Shown: piece by piece, positions 26,332 to 39,999 of the stretch | How positions within the stretch are numbered: position 1 is the stretch's first letter | How the letters are laid out: each line of letters opens with the position of its first letter | Assembly: GCA_964016885.1 (NCBI GenBank) | Contig: OZ024745.1 | Span: 33,852,001 to 33,916,000 of the forward strand | Source: Eledone cirrhosa | Lineage: Eukaryota | Reading direction: 5' to 3' | Length of the DNA stretch: 64,000 nt | Notes under the pieces: generated by a model | What the model was told of the DNA's origin: nothing | Seen by the model: only the letters and a program-made list of their open reading frames with translations | The model's database searches: none | Position numbers and translations under genes: made by a program

Positions 26332-27780
26332 AAACTATGTTTATAGGAGCTACGTCTAACCAATTTTTATAAACTATGTTTATAGGAGCTACGTCTAACC
26401 AATTTTTATAAACTATGTTTATAGGAGCTACGTCTAACCAATTTAAAGTAAGATTTAATACCCACAAACCTAGTTTTAAAAATGCCGCATTAGCTAATAC
26501 AACATCCTTGGCTGAAACAATTAATAATTATAGAAAGAAGAATATCGATTACAACCTGACCTGGAGTGTGCTCAAAAGGGCCACCCCTTATCAAAATAAC
26601 AGATATGAGTGTAGGTTATGCTCCCAGGAACTTTTTGAAATCATGAACTCTAAGGATATCCTATTAAATAAGCGACAGGAATTAATTATATCTTGCAATC
26701 ATAGGATTAGAAGAACCTTCAAATATTATAAACCTAATTAATATACTTACACTTATATTTTACATATTGCTATAATATTACTATAATTAGTTTTTTTAAT
26801 TTAGTTAACCTATAATTAGTACTTTACTACAGAGAACTTCATAATTTTATTTCCCTCTTACAGCTCTCTTTTCCTAAAATTAATACCTAAAAGTATACCT
26901 ATAAATTAATTTAATTTCCTGTTATGAGACTAGATTCCTTGTAGTTTATATAAGATTTGTATTTCTCACTACTACTCTTATCCCAAAATTTTACTTTCCT
27001 TCGATTTTAATAACACCCTTTAATAACATCTAATTCTTATTTATCACATTCATATGAATTAATATAAATTTACCTATCAATAAGTATACCTATCAATTTA
27101 TTTAATTTCTTGTTATAGATCTAGATTCCTTGTGGTTTAAATATGATTGGTATTTCTCACTAATATCCGTACCCTGAAATTTTATTTTCCTTCATTTTTA
27201 ACATTAATCTTTAATAACATCAAATTTTTGTATACCCTTCACTGGCTTGACCTCTTTTCATCCCCAAAGTATTCTTTTCATTCAAAGTATTCTTTTCATT
27301 CAAAACATAAGTCTGCACTCCTCTACCCTTAAATTAAATTTCTACTACCACTATTCTATCAACTTGACCTCTAACTACTCTTCTATTGGTCAATTCAAAA
27401 CCTGTTCCCAAACAGACCGTTTATATTAAATCTTTGTTGTTTTTTTCAATAAACAAATCTCATCATTTCTGAAGACAGCATGTATATGTGAAGGTATGTA
27501 TATTTCCTCTGATAATTTGTAATATTTTTACATAGATCTATATGATATACATACCAACACACATATACATCCTAGAAACGATCGTAAAATGATGAATTTT
27601 TTAATATAAGGAAGTTGTTCTTTGTTTTTATTTCATTGTTTTATTAATTTATCTTGACTCTGTTTTCTTATGATTTTCATCCAAAATTTTTGAATGCATC
27701 TTCTCCATTCATATTTGGATTACATTGAGTTCTTAATACGGATTGGACACTACCGTATATTTTGGTAGATTTATCTCTAT
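26332..27780 (+). mobile_element. 5'-truncated PLE: GIY-YIG region, 3' UTR and HHR
   Basis: ORF 26415-26741 FIGAT..FKVRFNTHK.SF...TSLA...WSVL...CRLCSQE...LLNKRQELIISCNHR; HHR at 27460-27595. Confidence 0.85.
27460..27595 (+). ncRNA. Type I hammerhead ribozyme with ~100-nt stem II
   Basis: tcatcattt-CTGAAGA-long stem II (atgtatatgtg/cacatatacat; ggtatgtata/tatacatacc)-GAAA-cgatcg-TA-aaatgatga. Confidence 0.8.
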
Positions 27781-27860
27781 ATATATATAGAGAGATAAAT
27801 CTAAGTATTGAGTACTCTGGTGCGTTATGGTCCATTTGGTTCCTTACCACAATTCCTCTG

Positions 27861-27918
<58 letters not shown>

Positions 27919-28230
27919 GTTTGTATATGTATAATAAAGCCAAAACAATGCACGTATGGACATAGAATAAAGAATGCAAATGCAAAAGATATTGTTGACA
28001 ATTAGTCTTTTAATTAGATTTATTTAAATGTCCTTAATTTTCGAGATAATATCTCTTCTTCGGAGGGAAGTAAAGCGGTTAAACCAGTGTTCTAAATAGA
28101 TTTCCAAGTCATGCATGACTTGGCAAGCTATTTAGAACACTGTATTTTAATATATATATATATATATGTCCCAAGGCTCTGATACCATCAACACCATAAA
28201 CACAGAGCTTGCATATGAAAGAACTGACTA

Positions 28231-28286
28231 ACTGCCTGATGAGGTCATAGCCATTCAATGACCATCATCGAAATATATATAGCAGT
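28231..28286 (+). ncRNA. Type I hammerhead ribozyme
   Basis: actgc-CTGATGA-ggtcat/atgacc(+atcatc)-GAAA-tatata-TA-gcagt. Confidence 0.7.
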
Positions 28287-28825
28287 AAATAAAGGATTAT
28301 GAGTTAATGCAATTGACTTATGTTTCGTTACTATATATATATAGAATTCTTATTTAGATAAAATATTTAAGTTCTTATTTAACATATTTAAATTCTTATT
28401 TAGATAAAATCAGCCATATACTCATTAAAAACCTTCTATATACTTGTTTACCAGCAAATTGAATTGCCATCTGTCATATACTATCCCTTCTCTTCTTCCT
28501 TTCTTACAACTAATATAAATACTTTGATTTTTCTGATTTTTTCCAATTTATCCAATATCTCCGAAGAAGTGACAACTGATTATACGTTTGCTATCGAATA
28601 CTTCCTAACATTATATGATTACGCAAGCAGCGATACATAGGTATTCCGTCTGTTACAGAAACATATGTCAATACCTAATAAAGTCCTTTATAAAAGCACT
28701 TTCATTTTATATTCATCTTTTCTACATTTTCTCCGGAATATAATTTATACTCGTTGAGCAAACCTACACGTACGCTGTTCATCTCTAACGTGACGATATA
28801 TTATCACTACATTATTGATAACTTG

Positions 28826-28911
<86 letters not shown>

Positions 28912-28927
28912 TATATATCTATATATC

Positions 28928-28999
<72 letters not shown>

Positions 29000-29182
29000 T
29001 AGGAACGAGTAGGACCCCGACGGCTGAGCTCAAGCCGTTTCGACGGCTAATTCTGAACTGATATATATATATATATATATATATAAAAGTATGACCCCGA
29101 CGGCAGAGCTCAAGCCGTTTCGACGGCTATTTCTGGACTAAATTAGAATTTTTAGCCTGGTGAATATATATATATATATATA

Positions 29183-29520
29183 TTTATTAAAATAACAGAT
29201 TAAAGTTTAAGCAAAGAATCGTTGCTTTCACCCTTAACGGGATCTTCTGAAACTTCGCGTTCTTTGCCAGGGAACGTTTCCACGAACCAAAATAACATCT
29301 TCCAGTCTTCCCCCGGTTGCAACGTTTTTTGAAATATTCACTTCTGCGTTCACAGATTGACTTTGTTAGTTTCAGTAAATCCCGTTAAGGCTGAAAGCAC
29401 CGATTCTTTGCTTAAACTTTAATCTGTTATTTTAATAAATATTTGCTCTACGGTTCTTATATATTTGATATATATTTATCCTTATCGAGCCCTCTTTGGA
29501 TTTTAATCTTCAAATTTATT
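29183..29520. mobile_element. Family A module in inverted arrangement, two HHR-like copies (29203-29255 minus, 29368-29418 plus)
   Basis: 29183-29255 is the reverse complement of ~29368-29440; central part matches 26040-26160. Confidence 0.75.
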
Positions 29521-29542
29521 ATTATTACAATCTGGCAGGTAT

Positions 29543-29585
29543 ACGTTGCTGATGATAGCTAATAAGCTTGAAACTAGTACAGCGT
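29543..29585 (+). ncRNA. Minimal type I hammerhead ribozyme (family D)
   Basis: acgttg-CTGATGA-t agct aata agct t-GAAA-ctag-TA-cagcgt; palindromic stem III. Confidence 0.85.
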
Positions 29586-30066
29586 TCCTTTGTCAGTGTT
29601 GAACAAACGAGCAGCGATGGTTGCTGGACACTACGGCTTAATACGGGATGTTTGTTACAAACACACCGAGTATTATAATAAATGTTCGGTGAATCCATAC
29701 GTACATATATATATGTGTGCATGTATGTATATATATATATATACATACTACTGTACGTCTGTATACATATATGTATGTACGTGTACATACTTATATTTAA
29801 GTAACAGCCGTACTAAGAGTGGGAAATGAAATTTCGTTACATTTTTACGTATATATATATATATATATATATAAGTTATACATATATATATAAATCTATA
29901 TATACACATGTGCATGCACACATATGCACGCACTCCTATATATATATATATATATATATAGTAGTGCGTGCACATGTGTATATATATATTTATATATATA
30001 TTTAACAAGTTTTCAACAAGTACAAAAATCCCTAGGGATCTAATTGACATTGTATATGCACGCACT

Positions 30067-30133
<67 letters not shown>

Positions 30134-30140
<7 letters not shown>

Positions 30141-30802
30141 GAGAAGAAAGAAGAATACTGCGTGGTTTGCACATGGGTTACATATGATAAAAATAGTCCT
30201 TCGTCAGTGATTTTCCAACCATCATTGGTATTCCATCGCATTAAAAATCAGATACCTCAGTTTGGTGCGAGCAATAACTAAAAAAAGTTATTGGGACCAG
30301 TAATTCGCGTAAAGCGAGGGGGACAAGTAAACAACTTAGAAGGATAAAAGCAAACCGAAGACAGGAAAATAAACAAGCAGCATGGTTGTCCGGTCGGCAT
30401 AAGCTGGGTGGATTTCATGAGCGAGAGGGGTACAGACCGTCCGATGTGTGTGAGATGTAAGCAAGAAGAGACCCACTACAAGCTAAACGGGAGAAAGTGA
30501 GAAGGGGAGAAACAGAGAGTGAGTGAGTAGAAGTGTGAGGAAGAGGTCAGTCGAGAGAAAGTGTAACTGACAGAGGGGGCGAAAGAAGGTGAGAGAAACA
30601 GAGAGAGCGGGGAAGCTGTAAGAGAGAAACAGACAAACGCAGCCGAGGTAAATATATATAAAAAACATGAGAAGAAAGAAGAATACTGCGTGGTTTGCAC
30701 ATGGGTTACATATGATAAAAATAGTCCTTCGTCAGTGATTTTCCAACCATCATTGGTATTTCATCGCATTAAAAATCAGATACCTCAGGTTGGTGCGAGC
30801 AA
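30134..30802 (-). repeat. Non-coding module with ~140-bp direct terminal repeats (period ~528 bp) in (TA)n
   Basis: 30134-30274 matches 30662-30802; each copy has ctgacga on the minus strand but only a degenerate GAAA side. Confidence 0.7.
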
Positions 30803-30857
30803 AACTATGTATGTATATATATATATATATATATACAAACATATATATATATATATA

Positions 30858-30896
<39 letters not shown>

Positions 30897-30950
30897 TATA
30901 TAAATATATATGTATATATATGTGTATGTATATATATAAATATATATGTG

Positions 30951-30991
<41 letters not shown>

Positions 30992-31156
30992 ATATATATG
31001 TGTATGTATATATATATATATATATACATATATATGTATATATATATATATATAAGTATTGAAATTTCCGTTGGAAACAGAAAAGGTCATAGAAGTGAAG
31101 AGTACTCTATGTAAGTATCAGAGCAAAATTTAATGTATAAAAATCAATACAATATA

Positions 31157-31234
31157 ATTACCTCATTACCAAAGGTTTCCCGAATGAGGCGAATACGAAA
31201 GAAACGTCTTCATTCGTTCGTCAGACGAGGCAAT
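31157..31234 (-). ncRNA. Type I hammerhead ribozyme in the PLE 3' pLTR
   Basis: Minus strand: attgcctcgt-CTGACGA-a cgaatg/cattcg g-GAAA-cctttgg-TA-atgaggtaat. Confidence 0.85.
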
Positions 31235-32422
31235 ATAAAACATGGGTAAATACTTGGAAAGTCTCATCAAGAAAATCAAATGAATGAGAAATTGAAATAT
31301 ATAAAAATCTATCAAGAAATATAGTTAGGTGTGTGTATATGTATGTATATACGCTCACAGATGTGCATATATGTGTATGCACACACATATACGTATAGTT
31401 AAAAAGTGTGCGTAAATATAAAATTTAGGGCAAATGTATCTGTATGTCTGTAATCTACAGACAGAATAGATACATCATAAGGATATGAATATGAAGGCGC
31501 GCGCGAAACACACCTACACACACGTACACTTAGATGCGGAAGTAAAAGAGGTAAGGGAGTGTAATAATTAAAGGAAAGTATCAATCTCGATATATTTATA
31601 AAAATGTAACAATAAATTAGAAAGAAAAAATTTTTAGAAAGAAAAAATTAAAGAAAAGAAGACAAAAAAGGGTACATACATACACAGACACGCATATCTC
31701 ACAAAAGAAACGCAAAAATATACATGCTTATATACACACGCACACTTACACCTCCATACGTTCGATACGTACATACACACACACATACACACATACTTAC
31801 ACTCACGCATATTGACCTGTATGCATGCACACGCATAAAAATGAGTAAGTAAAAAAAAAAAGGGGGGGGGGAGAAAAAAAGGAACAAAACATAAAACCTA
31901 GATGTCAAAACATGGATATAAAGACACATACGCATAATATATACATACACACACACATATATATACACACATATATATTTATATATATACATACACGCAC
32001 GCGCGCGCACATACGTAGTCGCTCATGTACATATATAGAAAGTATACACACATTAAGGCGTTCAGCCATATTGATACAGGGTGTAAAAAACTTGTGGATA
32101 AGTAAGTACAAATATAAAATTGTCAGATTTGCTGCGCAAAAATAAAAAAATAAAAATAAAAATGAAAAATATATCTGGATTGGAAAACACAAATGGCAAG
32201 TGTAATCAGTTAGTGAAGGAAAAAGGGAAGTAAAAAAAGGGGATCTAAAAAATGGAAAGCGAATCGGAGAATAAAGGGGGTGGGGTTATTGGTGGATGTG
32301 AAGTAAAAAAAAAAATAAAAAAAAAAAAATAAAAAAATAAGAATAAAAATAAATGAAATTATCGACAAGGATAAAAATGAAAGTAAGTCAGAAAGGGTAA
32401 TTAAAAAGAGAATAATAAGAGT

Positions 32423-34431
32423 TTATGGAGGATAAGTATCTGAAAGTGTGTTAAGTTTATATGAGCTGGAAAGCAGGTGTGATTTCATGTGTGGGCAACT
32501 GGTGAAAATGTCCGTCTTTGTGTTCAGGCAGGTCTTTGGTGATTTTAGATTTTGCAATATCCAATATTTTTCATTTATGCAGAGCGTGCATTTTCTTGTT
32601 CCTCTAGCATATTCTTTAGATTGGTTCAAAATTGACCAATCTAATTTATATTCGATGCCTTGGTCTTTCAAATCCCAAATTCTGCTAGCCAGAGCTGTTG
32701 TACGTTTTTTTCTGGATGTCGAAAGGATGCGACATGTGAGTAATAACGCGTTTTGAATTTGTCTTGCGTCATACCCACATATCGTTCACTGGTGGCTGGA
32801 TGGTTGTTGCTGATGGTTGTCACTTTAGCCGCATATACAATGGCTTTGGTGTTGCATTTACCTTGTAATGGGCATTCACTTTTGATTCTACAGGAGCAAG
32901 TTTGATTTTCTCTAGGTGATATTTTGTTGAGGATATAGGACTTAATAGGGGGACCGCAGGAATAGCTAATTTTGACACAGTTTCTGTTAAAGATCTTATA
33001 GTATCTATGTGTTCTAGGGAAATGTTTATCTAGGAGCTCAAGGAATTTTTTGCCTACATTAGTTTTAACTGCTAGAGAGTAGGGGGGTGTGAACCAGATT
33101 ATTTTTCTTTTCCTATTTTTATGTTTAATAGAGTTAGTATAGTTAGGTATGTATTTAATTGGTTCGCTAAAACCGCTATTTTGGAGGGCTGTATTATAGT
33201 AGGGGGATGCCTTATTAAAAATAGCTTCTGAGGAAGAGAGGGTGGAGATCCTACGGCTAATATTAGGGATAAGGTTTTTAAAAACTATAGGTGGATGGCA
33301 AGATCCTTTATTTATATATTTTAAGTTTTCATTAGGTTTATGGTATGGTTTATAAGAAGCAGTAGGCAAATCTAGGTTTATATCTAGGAAATCTACGTTG
33401 GAAAGGTTAGTGTCAATAGTAATTTTAAGATTAAAACTAGCGAAGGTTTTTATTAAGTCTTTCCTTAATCTATCTAAGTTATGGCCTATGGTGGTATGGG
33501 AAAGTATTAGACCATCGTCGCGATAAAGCCCAAAAATATGGTTAGGAAATTTTTCTTTAAGTGTATGTAAGAGGAATAGGCCGACCAGATCACAAACATC
33601 AGCACTGTCGTAAGAGCCCATTGAGACATCGAATGGGTTCTCTGGGTTAGATATTTTTACCCAAGTGTCATTATCATTAAAAAGTAGAGTGTTCCTAGCA
33701 TGCAAGATGACATTCTCTTCAATATCGGAGATATTAGTAAACCCTCTAGCGAAATTTAAAGCTTTCGCTAAAAGGGTCTGAGTAATAGATGGGTAGAAAT
33801 CTACAATGTCAAATTGGGTGAATCTAGAACTGATTTTGTTTTTAATATTATTAAACCAATGTACTACGGAAGAGCTATTTATCCATTGGAGTAATTTAGA
33901 CTTACTTCTAATGTGTGTATTTAATTTATTTAAAATTTTTTTACTGGCAAGACCAATATCAGTCTTAGCAGGGTTGATTAATCTACAACTAGGACGATTA
34001 ATAAAGTCGGGTTTATGATCTTTACGGGTGATATACGCAGAACGTTTAGCAAGTTTTTCTGTCCTATTTATTTTTAAAGAAACAGCTAATTCTTTAGCTT
34101 CCTTATTTATATTATGGTACGTATTTATATTAGCTATTTGGTATTTAGAGGTGATATTATATATTAATAGTTGGTCGTGTAAATTATTATTAACTTCATA
34201 TAGGTTTTTAGTTTTATCGGAGAAGATGAACTTATTATTAGAAGATTTAAAAGTTGAAATATCATTAGATAATTTAGATTGAAAGGGGTTAGAGTACTTA
34301 CGAAAATTGATATTGTTGATTAGGTTAACTAGGTCTAATTCAAAGGCGGTCATATCTTTTACTCTTTGCGGGTATTTATGAGTTTTTATGTCAAAATATT
34401 CCGTAGAATCTGTGTTAAATTGTCCATCCAT
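32423..34431 (-). CDS. PLE reverse transcriptase + GIY-YIG endonuclease (one frameshift at ~32705-32711; N-terminus truncated)
   Basis: DKTKNLY, KDHK, CRLINPAK, FDIVDFYPSI, MGSYDS, GLYRDDGL, FLDINLDL, CSCR..CPLQGKC, IVY..RYVG; continues as RTTALASRIWDLKDQ...CTLCINEK...LNTK...CPH if one A is restored in an A7 run. Confidence 0.92.
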
Positions 34432-35065
34432 TTTTTTTATTTTTTTTTACTTACTCATTTTTATGCGTGTGCATGCATACAGGTCAATATGCGTGAGTGT
34501 AAGTATGTGTGTATGTGTGTGTGTATGTACGTATCGAACGTATGGATGTGTAAGTGTGCGTGTGTATATAAGCATGTATATTTTTGCGTTTCTTTTGTGA
34601 GATATGCGTGTCTGTGTATGTATGTACCCTTTTTTGTCTTCTTTTCTTTAATTTTTTCTTTCTAAAAATTTTTTCTTTCTAATTTATTGTTACATTTTTA
34701 TAAATATATCGAGATTGATACTTTCCTTTAATTATTACACTCCCTTACCTCTTTTACTTCCGCATCTAAGTGTACGTCTGTGTAGGTGTGTTTATGCGCA
34801 CGCCTTCATATTCATATTCTTATGATGTATCTATTCTGTCTGTAGATTACAGACATACAGATACATTTGCCCTAAATTTTATATTTACGCACACTTTTTC
34901 ACTATACGTATATGTGTGTGCATACACATATATGCACATCTGTGAGCGTATATACATACATATACACACACCTAACTATATTTCTTGATAGATTTTTATA
35001 TATTTCAATTTCTAATTCATTTGATTTTCTTGATGAGACTTTCCAAGTATTTACCCATGTTTTAT

Positions 35066-35143
35066 ATTGCCTCGTCTGACGAACGAATGTAGACGTTTCT
35101 TTCGTATTCGCCTCATTCGGGAAACCTCTGGTAATGAGGTAAT
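35066..35143 (+). ncRNA. Type I hammerhead ribozyme in the inverted pLTR copy
   Basis: attgcctcgt-CTGACGA-...-GAAA-cctctgg-TA-atgaggtaat. Confidence 0.85.
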
Positions 35144-35338
35144 TATATTGTATTGATTTTTATACATTATATATATATATATATAGATAGATATATACGT
35201 ATATATATATAGTCACGGATTCAATCAGGGTTAATCACAGTTAGTAAGCTATTCAATATGTTAGTTGATTGTAAACATCAAGTTTAATATAAATATGAAA
35301 CAGGTCTAGTCATGAAGAAGCCATTTGTGTATTAAACT

Positions 35339-35424
<86 letters not shown>

Positions 35425-35428
35425 ATAT

Positions 35429-35830
35429 ACGATAAACAAATCCGACATGAGTGGTAGAGGGCTCAATAATTCAGATAAATCAGAGCTATAACTATCGTTA
35501 AGATACCAACACACAAAGATTATGCCTAAAATCACCCGTGCAGCCGAAAAATAACGACCAGGAAGATTCGGGTCACTCAGATAAAATATCAATAAATCAA
35601 TAATTTATATGAATGTAAAAACTTACCCGGACCCACTAGAAAGGTGGTAAATATAGCTTCTTGGGTTTCTGCTATTCCTTAATCCGCCCCCTATCAGCCC
35701 ACATAAAAATATATAAGACTTCTAGGGAGAGGAGGGACCGGAACAACTTTATCAACGGGTCATGTCCGACGAATGAAGAAGTTAACTATAGCTAGACGCA
35801 CATGGAGTCCAGCAAGGGAAATAACCTCTG
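35429..35830. repeat. Diverged partial copy of the 605-bp tandem unit
   Basis: acgataaacaaa...cagcaaggg.aataacctct matches ~44392-44797. Confidence 0.85.
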
Positions 35831-35951
35831 CCATAGTATAGAGTGTTTATTTTGGCACCTACTTCTGTAAGCCACGAATCTACTGAACCAGCGAATGTCT
35901 CTCTCTCCCCCTCTCCCTCCTATTTCTCTCTTTACCTCTCTACCCCCCTCT

Positions 35952-36047
<96 letters not shown>

Positions 36048-36366
36048 CTTTGCAAATTAATATTAAGATTAAAAACACTTGCACAAGGTGTCACACTGAA
36101 TTTAAGCTGGCACACACACACACACACACATGCACATAAACATGTACGAACATACATACATGCCCATTTATGTGTGATGTTTGAGGGACATTTACCTGCT
36201 ATTTTCTGGCTGATCATATGAATAAGTAATAGTGCCCTCGTTGACCTGCGTATATATAATGCCAATCATTGTAAGTTTTAATCTAACAGACATGCAAAAA
36301 CATGTATATATGAATAAAGTAAGCGAAAATCATAGTAGATTCTAATATCACAGAGAGAAAGAGTGC

Positions 36367-36412
36367 TAAGCTCTGATGATTACCAACAGTATGAAACAGA
36401 TCTGTCAGATTA
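36367..36412 (+). ncRNA. Type I hammerhead-like motif
   Basis: taagct-CTGATGA-t tac/gta t-GAAA-cagatctg (palindrome)-TC-agatta; one stem I mismatch. Confidence 0.6.
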
Positions 36413-36465
36413 TCTCCATTTGTTTCTTGAAAAAAGAAGTAAGTGACATAGTCCCTACTTTAAAA

Positions 36466-36620
36466 TAATTGTTTCTATTTTTGGCACAAGGCCAGCAATT
36501 ACCCAGTGCATTACTGGTACTTTATTTTATCGACCCCGTAAGGATGAAAAGTAAAGTTAACCTCGGCGGGATTTGAACTCAGAACTCAAAGCATGGAGTC
36601 CGACCCTCTACCGATACTAC
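36466..36620 (-). mobile_element. SINE copy with internal deletion
   Basis: Matches the 8596-8783 family. Confidence 0.8.
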
Positions 36621-36663
36621 CATAAGATTATAGCGTGAGGTCTTCAAAATCTTTTTGTAAAAT

Positions 36664-36793
<130 letters not shown>

Positions 36794-36866
36794 ATTTTAC
36801 AAAAAGATTTTGAAGACCTCACGCTATAATCTTATGGTAGTATCGGTAGAGGGTCGGACTTGTAAA

Positions 36867-36937
<71 letters not shown>

Positions 36938-37147
36938 AAAATTAGAATTGCTGCTCTGAAATAGCGATATATATATATATATATATATATAGGAATCAGT
37001 AAGACCCCGACAGCTGAGCTCAAGCCGTTTCGACGGCTAATTCGAAACGGCTTGAGCTCAGCTGTTCCTATTACCCACTCTACTACCTCAAGTATTGAGT
37101 ACTTTGGTGCGTTATGGTCCACCTGGTTCCTTACCACATTTCCTTCG

Positions 37148-37205
<58 letters not shown>

Positions 37206-39999
37206 TTTTTTTTTGCAAAAATTTGATTGCACTGTTTTATTTCCACTTATTTATTTTTTGAAAATGTTATTTATTCATTATAAAAATTAAATGATACCAT
37301 TCTATATGTAGATGGCCCCCCTCACCTTCATCTCCTAGCAACCAATATCTTTAGACCCAGTCCTCCACTTCCTGCGTATATAATGCTTTGTTTTAACTCA
37401 GTGTGAAAAGAATTGTCATTCAAATATAGACTTGTCTTGCTACATTATAAAATTACTCTTGTTATTGCAGCAACTATAAGGACGATGGATTGAAAGACAC
37501 GTTAGAGCGTTTTTGCAGCATTTGAGTTCAAATCCCACCGACGTGAACGTTGCCTTTCTAGAGTCGATAATATAAATTACTAGCCACATACTCAGTGAAT
37601 GCAATGTTTGACTTGTGTGTTCATAGAGATAGTAGATGTTTGCAATCTGATTACTAAGCTGGGTTTGGTTAAAAGCTGCCTGAGGAAAATGTATGTACTC
37701 GGGTGACAACAATGATAGGTGAAGACACTGTTATTGTGAATGGAATACTACTTCTGAGTAATTCTATTCATAAACTGAATATAATTCATATTGAACGTGC
37801 AGGAACATAATTTATGAATGTGCGATGCATAGTGATTAGGTATATTTCAGCTCATGATCGTAAGATCGTGATCTGAATGTCCGGCGGCGGGTTCTGTCTG
37901 TGATTAAGTCATATCATTTTACGTAGACTCAGCTATAATTCAAATAGCCAGCCTTGTCATACGCTATGTCACGTCGAATCTTCTTGAAAACTACGTTAAG
38001 GGTACACGTGTTTATGGATTACTCAGGCACTACTTGCACGTTAATTTCATGAGAAGGCAGTTCCATTTATCAAATAACTGAAACACTTATCTTCGGAAAT
38101 GATGGAGATCCAACAACAACAACAGCTACAACAACAACAGCAGCAGCAACTTAAATAACAACATGATTTCATATTTACAACACAAGACTTTGAATTTATG
38201 ATAATACACGTTATTCACGTTCGCTATGCTGGTATGTACCCATATCCAGTATTCAATTTATCTAAAATTTCCCGGATCACAGATTGCAAAAGATTGTCAA
38301 GGAATAACGACTCTATTGAGTATAAGTATCTTTGAGAATAACTTTCATATCCATACTAGAAACCTACGACCTACAGCAAATTGTTTCTCTTTGTTTCAAC
38401 TTTATAGATTTGGTTTGGATTGTAAAACCTATTGATTTGACGACATGAATAATACAATTCACTTTCATGTTCAGAGATAAATTCTCCTTTGAATTTTCAA
38501 CTAAAATTGCGCCATATTTTGCCTCGCAACTCTTTAAATCTTCTTGTAGTTTTAATAGAATTAATTGAGTGGTAATATGTTGATCTCTCGATATACTGAC
38601 GTAAATGTAAAAGAAATAGAATAGATGTCTTCACCTATATACTAAGCATTTACTAATATGCCTATCTAATTCTGGAAAGTCAAGAAACACATGAATAGGT
38701 CAGGGATTCGCAGTGCTGGGACGAAATCCACTCAAACGGAATTAAATTACTTTAAAGTAAGGGTTCTTCTATCATCTGGAAATAATTCATAACCACTTAC
38801 TAACAAGTTAAATAGCTTGCTGAAGCATATTATTCAGTTAAATGCCGAGGAAGTTTTTCAACAACCAGGTGCCTAAAGCATACCACTTTATTCCTGGCGA
38901 TAACAATTAAAATAGATCATCGATTTTTCATCTAGAATATTTGGAAAACCTGTATGTTTTAGGAATGTAAACAGGTTGTAGCTTGCACACACAAGAAAAT
39001 TCAATAATAACACTTTAGTCAGTTTTGAATTCCCTGCTTAGACAATCCAAACAGTCTAACAGTATATAACACCTACTCATATAAATGTACTTTTAAGAGA
39101 GACTTTTGTTTGTACAGCGAAGAGTCGCAACAATAACAGGAGCAACAAAAACGACTATAGCAACAATAATATTATATAATTAACATTCACCTAGCCTATA
39201 TAAATTTACACCAATTTTAATAACTAAAAGATAAATTGATTTTGTCTTGTTCACATTTTAATAAAATAATTTAATGGTCATGTATGTTTGTATAAAATAC
39301 TAAGATAAGAGAAAAGAAAATTAGCTTAATTTTATGCGTAGAAGATAACGACAAATAACGCCTACGTTACTAATACATACTCACACTCACATAAACGCCC
39401 CCCCCCCCCCACACACACACAAGCACATATATGTACAGACATATAAAGCGCACAAACACACTCATTCATACACATTTAGACTCATATAAAAACGCACAAA
39501 TACACACACACACATGTATATTTACACACATATAAACACAATTACGCACACACAAAAGACATACATACACATTTATACAGATATAAACACACAAATACAC
39601 ATACATTGACATTTCCTCTGTCTTTCTAGCACATATATGTCTATTATTAGAAGTAAGGATGTCTTACAATTACGTTCAATTAGAAATTCATAAAAGTAAT
39701 TAAGAACACATATTTACACTGTGACATGTAATCCTTCCCCTGGGTGGGTTGAAACTGTTGTGTGTATCTGATTCAGAATAGGTAAACTGTACCCCTGCCT
39801 TTCGTAAGAGGCGACTAAGTGTTATGGCCGCAGAAGGAGCAGCCAACCGTACAAACTTCCATCCTCCTCTTCCTCCCCCCGCCCCCTCCTCCCTCTACTC
39901 ATCCTCATCATCATCATCATCAGCAGCAGCAGCAACAATGGTATAACCTACATAGTAATCATCATCCTCATCACCACTACCGCCATCACCCCTTCCCCC

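Larger units (their letters stand above)
31065..35169 (-). mobile_element. Penelope-like retroelement (Naiad-like), near-intact ORF, inverted pLTR arrangement
   Basis: RT-GIY-YIG ORF; 31131-31860 and 34437-35169 are near-identical inverted repeats; flanked by (TA)n. Confidence 0.92.

Noticed and set aside
26332-26445. CRISPR-like direct repeats of 39 bp
   Set aside because: Contiguous copies without spacers, eukaryotic context, no cas genes; they duplicate the PLE junction
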